A stretch of DNA of 62,471 nucleotides, counting the filler, from Nemertoderma westbladi (Eukaryota; Animalia; Xenacoelomorpha): NCBI GenBank assembly GCA_032718475.1. It is 3 parts of 3 records of this genome, joined end to end, with 100 filler letters (N's around TTAATTAATTAA, not from the genome) between each part and the next. Parts side by side here need not be neighbours in the genome. Positions count along the whole stretch, not along the records: positions 1 to 18,738 come from JAUCBJ010001019.1; positions 18,839 to 50,449 come from JAUCBJ010001924.1; 1 more part is not named here. One strand, 5' to 3'. A program made the translations under genes and the position numbers. The notes beneath the pieces were generated by a model, which worked only from the letters and a program-made list of their open reading frames with translations, did no database searches and was not told the origin of the DNA. Below, one piece after another: positions 11,621 through 24,748 of this stretch. Positions within the stretch are counted from its first letter, which is position 1. The number at the start of each line of letters is the position of its first letter.

Positions 11621-12295
11621 TTTTCTAATAAACACCAAATTAAATTTTTATTACATTACTATCACAGATAAACAAATACAAACAATTTTAACAAACGGAC
11701 AATTGCACAGATACCCATCACCAGGATACAATGATACCTTTAAAACTTAATGGTAAGGAGCACAAAATTTTGAAAATTTTTAGTTTAAAGCGCGCTAGAC
11801 GCAAGGTAGCCCAGCACCGTCATCCAGCCCTAGGCCGCTCCTCCACTTCACCCTGGATCCCCGAAGGCAGTGGGTGGGGCTGCGGATGACCGCCAGCTGG
11901 ATGCGGGTGCGAACCCAGCCCATGGTGACGCTGTAGGGACGCCCCCATGACCGATGCAGCCGGTCAGCCACCGCGCGAAGCAGGTGATTTGCCTGAGGAG
12001 CGAGTACTCCGCAGCAGGACGCAACGAAAGGCGAAAAGTCGCCTCTTCGAGCGGTAACTACGTCCGCATATAGCCGCCTCTTCTCGTCTTCGGCAGACAC
12101 TAGTACGGACATCGGGGCGCGACCCACGTCGGCGTCAAGGTTTACAACCCGGATGTCAATCAACGCCTGAGTCTGTGGGTTTAGTGCGCCCCGGATGCCC
12201 ACGTCACACCGAAGACCAGCTGCTCCCTCCTCCCCCTGCTGCTCCCGAACTATCGGCTCACGCACCACGTTACGCGGTCCAAATGCGAGCGCGGT
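11621..12295 (-). mobile_element. 5'-truncated CRE-clade non-LTR retrotransposon (restriction-like endonuclease C-terminus plus 3' UTR) with 12-bp TSD
   Basis: LRCDVGIRG..Q.ALIDIRV, AEDEKRRLY, FSPFVAS, WGRPYS...WVRTR, CLRGSR.KWR resemble the CRE RLE C-terminus; ATTAATAATAAT at 11609-11620 and 12296-12307. Confidence 0.8.
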
Positions 12296-12876
12296 ATTAA
12301 TAATAATACTTCGAAAATGTATGTTTAATAATGGGCTTCCGATTGGTTTCAAATTTCCCGCCAAATTGAATAGGCGGCTACTCCTTAGAAAGTTCCTGAT
12401 GTTGCTTGGGGAAGTTAATTTATCTATGCCTAATGCGCAACATATTTGACAAATTTTATTGCCACAATTGCACAACGGCTATTCCTATTATATTTATGCA
12501 GTAAAATGTTAAAATAATAATGATTCAATGGCATTTTATTACTATACAATATTATTTACTGTTTTATTCCTATAGATTATTCCATTGGTTGTGTCATAAT
12601 ATATACCGGTAATTTAAAGCTAATTTTATTTCAAGCAATATGAGAGTTTTGGAAAAATACTTTAGTATGTGTTCTCAGAAAATGAGATTATTTTAAGGGA
12701 CAAGGTGTATTATTGTATGATCAAACATTTTTGCACTTTTAGATTAGTAATCGAATATATTCAAAACTACTACTTTATTGATGAATCCCAAACAATGAAG
12801 GGAGAAACTCGTGAAGAAGAGCGGAACGGATTGGGGTGATGTCGTCCTCGTTTACTGGGACTCATCTAAAAAGGTA

Positions 12877-15800
12877 GTTCCACACAGCTGGATACACCGA
12901 GTCATCCCGCAGTGTGGGCTATCTGCGAGAACTGTTCCACACAGCTGGATACACCGAGTCATGAGCAGTGTGGGCTATCTGCGAGAACTGTTCCACACAG
13001 CTGGATACACCGAGTCATCCCGCAGTGTGGGCTATCTGCGAGAACTGTTCCACACAGCTGGATACACCGAGTCATCCCGCAGTGTGGGCTATCGAGTCAT
13101 CCCGCAGTGTGGGCTATCTGCGAGAACTGTTCCACACAGCGGGATACACCGAGTCATCCCGCTGTGTGGGCTATCTGCGAGAACTGTTCCACACAGCTGG
13201 ATACACCGAGTCATCCCGCAGTGTGGGCTATCTGCGAGAACTGTTCCACACAGCTGGATACACCGAGTCATCCCGCAGTGTGGGCTATCTGAGAGAACTG
13301 TTCCACACAGCTGGATACACCGAGTCATCCCGCAGTGTGGGCTATCTGCGAGAACTGTTCCACACAGCTGGATACACCGAGTCATCCCGCAGTGTGGGCT
13401 ATCTGCGAGAACTGTTCCACACAGCTGGATACACCGAGTCATCCCGCAGTGTGGGCTATCTGCGAGAACTGTTCCACACAGCTGGATACACCGAGTCATC
13501 CCGCAGTGTGGGCTATCTGCGAGAACTGTTCCACACAGCTGGATACACCGAGTCATCCCGCAGTGTGGGCTATCTGCGAGAACTGTTCCACACAGCTGGA
13601 TACACCGAGTCATCCCGCAGTGTGGGCTATCGAGTCATCCCGCAGTGTGGGCTATCTGCGAGAACTCTGTTCCACACAGCTGTATACACCGAGTCATCCC
13701 GCAGTGTGGGCTATCTGCGAGAACTGTTCCACACAGCTGGATACACCGAGTCATCCCGCAGTGTGGGCTATCTGCGAGAACTGTTCCACACAGCTGGATA
13801 CACCGAGTCATCCCGCAGTGTGGGCAATCTGCGAGAACTGTTCCACACAGCGGGATGCACCGAGTCATCCCGCAGTGTGGGCTATCTGCGATAACTGTTC
13901 CACACAGCTGGATGCACCGAGTCATCCCGCAGTGTGGGCTATCTGCGAGAACTGTTCCACACAGCTGGATACACCGAGTCATCCCGCAGTGTGGGCTATC
14001 TGCGAGAACTGTTCCACACAGCGGGATACACCGAGTCATCCCGCAGTGTGGGCTATCGAGTCATCCCGCAGTGTGGGCTATCTGCGAGAACTGTTCCACA
14101 CAGCTGGATACACCGAGTCATCCCGCAGTGTGGGCTATCTGCGAGAACTGTTCCACACAGCTGGATACACCGAGTCATCCCGCAGTGTGGGCTATCTGCG
14201 AGAACTGTTCCACACAGCTGGATACACCGAGTCATCCCGCAGTGTGGGCTATCTGCGAGAACTGTTCCACACAGCTGGATACACCGAGTCATCCCGCAGT
14301 GTGGGCTATCTGCGAGAACTGTTCCACACAGCTGGATACACCGAGTCATCCCGCAGTGTGGGCTATCTGCGAGAACTGTTCCACACAGCTGGATACACCG
14401 AGTCATCCCGCAGTGTGGGCTATCTGCGAGAACTGTTCCACACAGCTGGATACACCGAGTCATCCCGCAGTGTGGGCTATCTGCGAGAACTGTTCCACAC
14501 AGCTGGATACACCGAGTCATCCCGCAGTGTGGGCTATCTGCGAGAACTGTTCCACACAGCTGGATACACCGAGTCATCCCGCAGTGTGGGCTATCTGCGA
14601 GAACTGTTCCACACAGCTGGATACACCGAGTCATCCCGCAGTGTGGGCTATCTGCGAGAACTGTTCCACACAGCTGGATACACCGAGTCATCCCGCAGTG
14701 TGGGCTATCTGCGAGAACTGTTCCACACAGCTGGATACACCGAGTCATCCCGCAGTGTGGGCTATCTGCGAGAACTGTTCCACACAGCTGGATACACCGA
14801 GTCATCCCGCAGTGTGGGCTATCTGCGAGAACTGTTCCACACAGCTGGATACACCGAGTCATCCCGCAGTGTGGGCTATCTGCGAGAACTGTTCCACACA
14901 GCTGGATACACCGAGTCATCCCGCAGTGTGGGCTATCTGCGAGAACTGTTCCACACAGCTGGATACACCGAGTCATCCCGCAGTGTGGGCTATCTGCGAG
15001 AACTGTTCCACACAGCTGGATACACCGAGTCATCCCGCAGTGTGGGCTATCTGCGAGAACTGTTCCACACAGCTGGATACACCGAGTCATCCCGCAGTGT
15101 GGGCTATCTGCGAGAACTGTTCCACACAGCTGGATGCACCGAGTCATCCCGCAGTGTGGGCTATCTGCGAGAACTGTTCCACACAGCTGGATACACCGAG
15201 TCATCCCGCAGTGTGGGCTATCTGCGATAACTGTTCCACACAGCGGGATACACCGAGTCATCCCGCAGTGTGGGCTATCTGCGAGAACTGTTCCACACAG
15301 CTGGATACACCGAGTCATCCCGCAGTGTGGGCTATCTGCGAGAACTGTTCCACACAGCTGGATACACCGAGTCATCCCGCAGTGTGGGCTATCTGCGAGA
15401 ACTGTTCCACACAGCTGGATACACCGAGTCATCCCGCAGTGTGGGCTATCTGCGAGAACTGTTCCACACAGCTGGATACACCGAGTCATCCCGCAGTGTG
15501 GGCTATCTGCGATAACTGTTCTACACAGCTGGATACACCGAGTCATCCCGCAGTGTGGGCTATCTGCGAGAACTGTTCTACACAGCTGGATACACCGAGT
15601 CATCCCGCAGTGTGGGCTATCTGCGAGAACTGTTCCACACAGCTGGATACACTGAGTCATCCCGCAGTGTGGGCTATCTGCGAGAACTGTTCCACACAGC
15701 TGGATACACCGAGTCATCCCGCAGTGTGGGCTATCTGCGAGAACTGTTCCACACAGCTGGATACACCGAGTCATCCCGCAGTGTGGGCTATCTGCGAGAA

Positions 15801-18225
15801 CTGTTCCACACAGCTGGATACACCGAGTCATCCCGCAGTGTGGGCTATCTGCGAGAACTGTTCCACACAGCTGGATACACCGAGTCATCCCGCAGTGTGG
15901 GCTATCTGCGAGAACTGTTCCACACAGCTGGATACACCGAGTCATCCCGCAGTGTGGGCTATCTGCGAGAACTGTTCCACACAGCTGGATACACCGAGTC
16001 ATCCCGCAGTGTGGGCTATCTGCGAGAACTGTTCCACACAGCTGGATACACCGAGTCATCCCGCAGTGTGGGCTATCTGCGAGAACTGTTCCACACAGCT
16101 GGATACACCGAGTCATCCCGCAGTGTGGGCTATCTGCGAGAACTGTTCCACACAGCTGGATACACCGAGTCATCCCGCAGTGTGGGCTATCTGCGAGAAC
16201 TGTTCCACACAGCTGGATACACCGAGTCATCCCGCAGTGTGGGCTATCTGCGAGAACTGTTCCACACAGCTGGATGCACCGAGTCATCCCGCAGTGTGGG
16301 CTATCTGCGAGAACTGTTCCACACAGCTGGATACACCGAGTCATCCCGCAGTGTGGGCTATCTGCGAGAACTGTTCCACACAGCTGGATACACCGAGTCA
16401 TCCCGCAGTGTGGGCTATCTGCGAGAACTGTTCCACACAGCTGGATACACCGAGTCATCCCGCAGTGTGGGCTATCTGCGAGAACTGTTCCACACAGCTG
16501 GATACACCGAGTCATCCCGCAGTGTGGGCTATCTGCGATAACTGTTCCACACAGCTGGATACACCGAGTCATCCCGCAGTGTGGGCTATCTGCGAGAACT
16601 GTTCCACACAGCTGGATACACCGAGTCATCCCGCAGTGTGGGCTATCTGCGAGAACTGTTCCACACAGCTGGATACACCGAGTCATCCCGCAGTGTGGGC
16701 TATCTGCGAGAACTGTTCCACACAGCTGGATACACCGAGTCATCCCGCAGTGTGGGCTATCTGCGAGAACTGTTCCACACAGCTGGATACACCGAGTCAT
16801 CCCGCAGTGTGGGCTATCTGCGAGAACTGTTCCACACAGCTGGATACACCGAGTCATCCCGCAGTGTGGGCTATCTGCGAGAACTGTTCCACACAGCTGG
16901 ATACACCGAGTCATCCCGCAGTGTGGGCTATCTGCGAGAACTGTTCCACACAGCTGGATACACCGAGTCATCCCGCAGTGTGGGCTATCTGCGAGAACTG
17001 TTCCACACAGCTGGATACACCGAGTCATCCCGCAGTGTGGGCTATCTGCGAGAACTGTTCCACACAGCTGGATACACCGAGTCATCCCGCAGTGTGGGCT
17101 ATCTGCGAGAACTGTTCCACACAGCTGGATGCACCGAGTCATCCCGCAGTGTGGGCTATCTGCGAGAACTGTTCCACACAGCTGGATACACCGAGTCATC
17201 CCGCAGTGTGGGCTATCTGCGAGAACTGTTCCACACAGCTGGATACACCGAGTCATCCCGCAGTGTGGGCTATCTGCGAGAACTGTTCCACACAGCTGGA
17301 TACACCGAGTCATCCCGCAGTGTGGGCTATCTGCGAGAACTGTTCCACACAGCTGGATACACCGAGTCATCCCGCAGTGTGGGCTATCTGCGAGAACTGT
17401 TCCACACAGCTGGATACACCGAGTCATCCCGCAGTGTGGGCTATCTGCGAGAACTGTTCCACACAGCTGGATACACCGAGTCATCCCGCAGTGTGGGCTA
17501 TCTGCGAGAACTGTTCCACACAGCTGGATACACCGAGTCATCCCGCAGTGTGGGCTATCTGCGATAACTGTTCCACACAGCTGGATACACCGAGTCATCC
17601 CGCAGTGTGGGCTATCTGCGAGAACTGTTCCACACAGCTGGATACACCGAGTCATCCCGCAGTGTGGGCTATCTGCGAGAACTGTTCCACACAGCTGGAT
17701 ACACCGAGTCATCCCGCAGTGTGGGCTATCTGCGAGAACTGTTCCACACAGCTGGATGCACCGAGTCATCCCGCAGTGTGGGCTATCTGCGAGAACTGTT
17801 CCACACAGCTGGATACACCGAGTCATCCCGCAGTGTGGGCTATCTGCGAGAACTGTTCCACACAGCTGGATACACCGAGTCATCCCGCAGTGTGGGCTAT
17901 CTGCGAGAACTGTTCCACACAGCTGGATACACCGAGTCATCCCGCAGTGTGGGCTATCTGCGAGAACTGTTCCACACAGCTGGATGCATCGAGTCATCCC
18001 GCAGTGTGGGCTATCTGCGAGAACTGTTCCACACAGCTGGATACACCGAGTCATCCCGCAGTGTGGGCTATCTGCGAGAACTGTTCCACACAGCTGGATA
18101 CACCGAGTCATCCCGCAGTGTGGGCTATCTGCGAGAACTGTTCCACACAGCTGGATACACCGAGTCATCCCGCAGTGTGGGCTATCTGCGAGAACTGTTC
18201 CACACAGCTGGATACATCGAGTCAT
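12877..18225. repeat. 57-bp satellite (GAGTCATCCCGCAGTGTGGGCTATCTGCGAGAACTGTTCCACACAGCTGGATACACC), ~94 highly homogeneous copies
   Basis: Direct tandem periodicity; a few truncated units in the first 1.2 kb. Confidence 0.98.
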
Positions 18226-18738
18226 ACATGGCAGTGTTGTTGGTCTTGTTCTTGTAGGGCAGGGCCTATTATTACACTACAACGAGTTCAGAAAACAGTC
18301 TTTGGAATATTTTAAATGATTGTTATATTAGAAATTAGTTTCAATGTTCCTTAAATCAGAATCAAGGCCAAAGACCTCCATTGACGTAGCAGCGCGATGG
18401 CTGCCGTTGCATTGCATTTGCTTATACAGTAATTGTGTAAATTCGACAAGCTTCCTTCCTGCCCCTGTCTCTTAAGTATACTAATAAATGTAAATAAATC
18501 CAAGCGCTAGCGCCAGCGCACCCCCTAAAATACCTTCTAAAAATTTACGTAATTTAATTTTAATACTCTGATAAGGTAATTTTATTGAAAACCTAATTTG
18601 TTTTAAAGTAAACTATGTTATGTACATCATTAGTTACGTATTTTTTAATTCAGTTTAACGTATTGTAATTATAATTTTTTAAATATTAAAAATCAAATTG
18701 GGTTAGTAATACTTATTAAGTTCTGCTCATTCATTTCA

Positions 18739-18838
18739 NNNNNNNNNNNNNNNNNNNNNNNNNNNNNNNNNNNNNNNNNNNNTTAATTAATTAANNNNNN
18801 NNNNNNNNNNNNNNNNNNNNNNNNNNNNNNNNNNNNNN
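18739..18838. other. Assembly gap (44 N + TTAATTAATTAA + 44 N)
   Basis: N-run with a central six-frame stop linker. Confidence 0.97.
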
Positions 18839-21790
18839 TAACCCACCCAGGGTCTACATTTGAAGTTTTGCCATTTATTTTCAAACTAGGTTTCAAATCT
18901 TCTAGTGTCCTCACCTTCGAATTACGTCTGTTCGTATCTGTACAAATAATGTTATCTATATCACACTGGATCTTTCTGCCTATGTTCTCAGCATCATCAC
19001 AGTTAATTGCCTCAGATTGGGCAGTTAATCCAGTTGTTAGTGAATGTAATTCTTCTATATGTTGATTATGGGGATTATTTTCCTCAAACCACAATATAAG
19101 CTTCGCTAAATCTGCTGAGTCTCGTTCACGTCTTGCTTCACTTAAATCGATATGCTGTACATATGTTTTATGTTATTTGGTAGTAAGCGATGTCATAACC
19201 TGATGTAGTTTTGTGGAGTGATGCATTGTATGTATCTACCCATAGATGTCTCACACTTTCAGTCATTGTTAATCAGTCATGTTAATCCACCATGACTTTT
19301 CAATCTTCGCATCAAAACCTGTTCAATGACTAAATCTGTTGATAAACCATTAAAACATGACTTGATTGCTGAACTGCATGAAAACCATTCTCATGGAACA
19401 AGTTATATAGACTAGGATGCTTCTCAGGAAGTGTTCTCATATTTTGTACATACAGTTGTGCACATTTCACATAATGAACATGTCCAGATGCTGCAAATAA
19501 ATTTAATTGGTTTGTGGTGCAATTCAAATGACCCTGCCAATATTTTAGCCTAGGAAGGATTTGATGTAACCGATGTGTGTTAGGAACTGCAGCCATAATT
19601 TCGCTGTTCGTGAAACGTTCGTGTTCGTGTTCGTGATTTGAGTTTATCTTTTATAATCTCAAGACACACAATGTACATTTACAAGTTTATTTGAACTTAA
19701 TATTTGGTCAATGGGAGTGAAGCCTTCTTCAGATGGCTTCATGGCATGAGTTAAAAGAGATTGTAAACATTCAAATGTCTCTACTGTAAGCCTGGTTGAC
19801 TCAATTGGTGTAATTGTGTTTACATCAACATCTTGAGAACTATTTGGAAGAGGATATCAATTCCATCAATCTATGTGTTAGGGCAGCATGAAGAAGATGA
19901 AGTGCTCGTAAGCACGGGATATTGACTTTGCTGTAAGTATATGTACTACTGCATTTGATCCATACAAATAATTCAACGCTTCTTCTATGCCAGATCCCTT
20001 CATTATATCAATTGCAGCCCCTACAGCACTCATCAGTAGGTGGAATCCACCAATCGAACCACTACAGTATCTATTTTCTCACGAATTACGGTAGTTTCTG
20101 CTTAAATTTAAATTGGTTGATCAAATGTACGTCTCACTAAGCTTGAATTTCTTCACTTCAGAGTCAATAAACTCTATGCATACAATGTTGTTGCATCACC
20201 AGGATGCAAGTCTACTAAAGGTACTATAATAACATCATCTTCATCAACCACATCATTATTGCCAATAAATACATGCTGCATAAATCTAGTCCAGTTTAAC
20301 CAATGTGGGGTGGGATTAAGAAACTTCCACAACATGTTGCTAGATTTCCAAAGTAAATTTGAATAGAATAATGATGGTGGGTATATCGTTGAAAACTTTA
20401 GTTCTATAAATGGCTTGAATTTCACCAATGACAAAGCAGGTTCAATGCGGGACTCATATTTTAGAATTGGAATGCCTCTGTCTTTAACAAGATCAGCAAA
20501 CATGAATCCTATCTAACTAAACTGTTATCCTCAACATTTTTTCTTTTAATAATTTTAATTATGCCAAAACTGTGGAAAGTACCTCCACAAGCTAATGTTC
20601 TTATATTAGCATCAGCATTGTCAGCTATGAAATGGGTTGGAAGACCTTCTGCTGATGAAAGAAAGTTCAGAGACTTGTCTTAAAGTATTGCCTGCTTAAA
20701 GGTGTTGATTCCATCATATGAAACGCTAAATCCGAATGCAAACAATTCATTTATCAACCATCTCAAACCAAAAACTAAATCCATTTCAACACCCAGGCCA
20801 AACAAAACTGACAACAATACTGATCGTGGTCTAACAACAGCCTGTGTAATTGCATGACGAATGCAATGGCGGCTATTTTCAAATCATTTTTCATCAACAT
20901 CTGAAGAAATTTTAGGAGACTTAGTACTAAAAAATCATAATTACTTCCTAGATCTATGATATCGTGAGAATTTGGATAATTGAGCTTGTTGTAATCTCAC
21001 TCACAAATATCCTCACATATTATTCTTGCTGCAACTTTCATAATCGTATCAGATTCCTGAACCTGATCAAGTTTCCTTTCTTGGTACCATTAATTATTGA
21101 CAATAAATGAAACCATGTTTTTAAAACAAGCAACTTCCTGGTTGCCTCCTCCCATGAAAGCGAAATATATATGGTCTCCAAAATAGGATTTCAGTTTAAT
21201 TCGAAATTGTGTTAAAGTATAAATATCAGCATAAATTGCAATACCAGGACCTGACAGCTTTTACATTTGTTCATATAACTCAATCACTGAGTATATTTCG
21301 GCGTCATTCTCAGTTTCCATCCATTTACATACTAATAGGAATGAACCATCCATATCTTGGTCAACGGGATGTCCTGATTTTGACTCACTGCATGGCTTCA
21401 TAAATTTGCTGTAACAATTTAAGTGATAACGTCTTCACATCTACCACTAGATCATTAGAGATTCTAAAATTCTAGTTCTAACAGTTTCATACCATGACGA
21501 ACAAATGGTCTGACATTGCATTAACATCAAATCGCGAATTTCTGCAGTTTGTATGTATCTTACTGGATTTCGACTGGGATGGTGACTATCACTTTTTGCT
21601 ATCTCGCCACAAGTAAAACAATCCGACGACATCCAGTTAAATGGCATCTCACTCGATCTTTGTTTTTTGGGGGGTGATTCAGCACTTATATTTATGTCAA
21701 TATCATCTCCACTAATAGCCTCATCACTCACACGTCTAATATAATTGCCATAAATTCGACGACAAGACTCATGTACAAAAGAAGGATTGG
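18839..21790 (-). pseudogene. Academ-superfamily DNA transposon transposase, heavily frameshifted
   Basis: Fragments in the expected order: N-terminal CFTC..H..C / YH..C region, VVVRL/GGFHLLMS..IMKGSGIEEAL (~20070-19980), LFAASGHVHYVKCAQLYVQNM..LPEKHP..GFHAV, WFEENNP..LHSLTTG..INCDDAENIG. Confidence 0.7.
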
Positions 21791-22039
21791 ATTAGTGCTG
21801 TTCAATCGCTTACATAAGTCCGAATCACCTCGTTTCTCAGCAAAGAATCCTTCAATTCCTTTTTTTGTACATCTTAGTGGGCAATTAGTAGTTAGTAGCC
21901 AGTCTTTTTTGATTTTGATAGTTAATCTAAATAATTAAATAAAATACAAACAGCTATGAAAAATTTAGCGTTTTTAAAAACGCTAACTACGGTAAATTAT
22001 ACGAGATGCCTTTTCAAAAATTCTAGTTAGCAAGAAATA

Positions 22040-23370
22040 TTAGGCCCTGATGTCTCAGATATGCTGAATGGAATTCTGGATTTTATCGGGCCACTAAGCG
22101 TCCATACAAATGGCGTTACGATTGCCATTCGGTCTCACTCTCTGTCATCGCCTAATATGGTCTGTATCCTCTCATGGGCTGTCGGGCAATCCATCCCGAC
22201 TATCAGAGATACTTTCGGCACGTCGAGGTTAGGTGTCGAAAAGTCAATTGAGTCTAAGTGCCGGTACTGTTCGATCTCGATCTGCGTCAGTCGGCTGCCA
22301 TTAATGTTGATCGACTCGGTGATTTGTATGGGCTCTATAGTCGCCCCGTAGTTGCAACCGGGTGCTATAGCCCCTAACACCTTCCTGTTCTCATCCGAAA
22401 AATCTCGTATTTGGTGGATATGGTGGTGACTGCCATTGTACTCAACTTCGTTTTCAGTTTTAGCCTCTCCGCTATCCAGCTTTCCGTCAATGTGAATGCT
22501 GCTCCACTGTCGATTAACATTAGCGTTGTTACCAACCGTCCGCTTTCTCCAATCATCCTTACTGGTACCACTCCGAGCAACACTGTTCCTCTCTTCTTAA
22601 AATCCATTGTGCTCGTCGCCTTAGTTTGGTCTCCAGTCTCGTTGGTCTCAGTGTACTTCGGCGGATGTTCTCAACATCTATCCTGCCTATGCCCTCCCAC
22701 CACACATCTGTGACATAGTCCAAACTTCCATGTATAAGCTATTCATTCGATCTTGTTACAGTAACGCCTACCACTGCTTACAATCGATGGTCTTATGCAT
22801 TCCTTAGCATTCTTAACATTTGTAGTTGGGATTATAGCGCTCCTTATATACCGTATCACGTATTGCATCCAAGTTCTTGTCGGGTGATTTATCGTTTTGG
22901 TTATTTGGACTTGGTCTACTGGGGATATTTGTCTTATTACTACCGTAGTTGTTTTGTCTCTGTCCCTGCCACGATGTGGATTTGTTTTCACGGCGCTGTT
23001 GACTGGTAGTCCCCAGTGTTGTCACCTAATGTAATGATTGTCTTACTTTTTGGAGTGCGTTTACTGTGCTATGTTCCGGGTTAGGTAGACTGTATTCCGG
23101 TTTCGATACATTGCTAAGCCCAGTTCTGTTCCCTTCCTTTCTCGTGTCAAGAAAGCTATTTTCCTCCATTTATTCCTCAACCTTGTTGTTAGTGCCTGTG
23201 CTATTGTTGCAATGTTGTTCGAAGCATTAAGTTCGTATGGCGCTTACAATGTCTTGAGGGTTATCAGTGCTTTTCTATCCTGGTAGCAAAGGCCTTAATA
23301 GTTGCTGGGCTGTGTACCAATCTACCTGATGTTATTCCCCTTAAGGTTTGATTTTCGCCGGCAGGTTTCC
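22040..23370 (-). mobile_element. BEL/Pao gag-protease fragment, diverged relative of the element at 27.8-38 kb
   Basis: KKRGTVLLGVVPVRMIGESGRLVTTLMLIDSGAAFTL and IVGMDCPTAHERIQT closely match ORF 29162-30736. Confidence 0.9.
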
Positions 23371-23407
23371 TCCGGCAGATCCGGTGTAGTGGGCCGGTAC
23401 CACTGTA

Positions 23408-23478
23408 TCTACTACTACTACTACTAGGATCGGCATGCTGCATTGCAGCTGCATTTTTAAGAATGCTGTGCCGGCTTG
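23408..23478 (-). mobile_element. 3' end remnant of the RTE-like LINE
   Basis: (CTA)n + GGATCGGCATGCTGCA..TTAAGAATGCTGTGCCGGCTT, as at 58969-59030. Confidence 0.8.
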
Positions 23479-24105
23479 GAATACTGTATCGCCGCCTCTC
23501 GAATAGTCGCATCTCTCTCGCGGGAGTTCACGGCAGACTTCCACCCCCTCCGAACCCTGGGGTGTCCCATGTGGTTCGCCATTTTATTGGTAGAGGATGT
23601 AATAAGGAATGGATCCGCTTACACTTTCCCTCAAATTGTAAAAGTAATCGTCAATTGTTTTGGTTAGAAAGCCCTGCCTCTGTAACCTGATCATTTCCCT
23701 TAACTTGTATTGTTATTGTTTAATATTTTATTTTTAATATTTTTAATATTTTGACACAGGCATAGTGAAATCAACTGTCCTACAGTCCAGAAATATTTAT
23801 ATCTGATATTTGCTCTTGCCAATTTTGGTAATTTGGGCTTTGGAATGGGAGCGCATAATGAATTGAATCCGCTCAGATCAATCATAAAAAATAATACGAA
23901 TAATTTTATAGCTTTAATAAAATATATTTAATAAAAATAAACCAAAAATCATTCATCAAAGAAATATAATTCATAAATTATAATATTTAGTTATATTGCA
24001 ACTGCAATGCCAAAATTTAAAAGCTAAACTTTAACTCTAAAACCTAAGCTAAAATTTAAAAATGTATCTAAGTGAATTTTAGTGACATTCATTCGCATAT
24101 TACAG

Positions 24106-24748
24106 TTTCAAAAACACAGCAAATGGACCCAGGGAATCATTAATTGATACATATATAAAACACCCAAAGGAAATTTTGTTCAATAACAGAGTCTTTGTAA
24201 ACCCAATGCTAAATGAGTTTGGATACATTCTAGAAAACGATAATAACATTTCTGAAATACAGAATATAATTACCGAAATAGACAAAGACTTTGATTTCAT
24301 AATCCTCCTGGAATATTATGAAGAGTCTCTAATTCTTCTGAAAGATTTACTGTGTTGGGAGATTGGCGATGTTTTATATAAAATTAAGAATGCCAATGCA
24401 AAAAAAAATGTGGATAAAAACAACCTAAACCAAGAGAGATTACGACAACTTAATTTTGGAGATTGGATGCTGTACCAACACTTCAATAAAACGCTTTGGA
24501 AAAAAATACACAATTATGGTACTGAAAGAATGACTAAAGAAATTGAACATTTACGAGAATTAAATGAGGCTTTACATTTTAAATGTATACCGAAGGCCGC
24601 CCTCAATGTATCAGAATCGGATAGGACCTCGTGTTTTTTCTTAAATAAAGTGGAATTAATTGATTCTATTGTTGACATCATAGAATTGAATAAGGGCAAT
24701 ATGGTAGAAGCTTGGAAAACTTTTTCAAAGAGGATAAAACTTTTATAA
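24106..24748 (+). CDS. Terminal exon of a galactose-3-O-sulfotransferase (GAL3ST/cerebroside sulfotransferase-like) gene
   Basis: NPM..FG, IDKDFDFIILLEYYEESLILLKDLLCWE, LNFGDWMLYQHFNKTLWKKI..YG.ERM..E..LR are typical of the Gal-3-O-sulfotransferase C-terminal half; acceptor TATTACAG ends at 24105; upstream exons not located. Confidence 0.85.

Noticed and set aside
11795-12475. 226-aa ORF as a host gene next to MtnK
   Set aside because: Chimeric read-through: the C-terminal part is the CRE endonuclease, the N-terminal part is flanking DNA beyond the TSD
12811-18319. Very long ORFs (up to 1834 aa) in several frames
   Set aside because: By-product of a stop-free 57-bp (19-codon) unit; open in four frames with no unique domains
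18783-18794. TTAATTAATTAA island inside N-runs (also 50494-50505)
   Set aside because: Artificial six-frame stop linker in fixed 100-bp gaps; adjacency across these gaps is unproven
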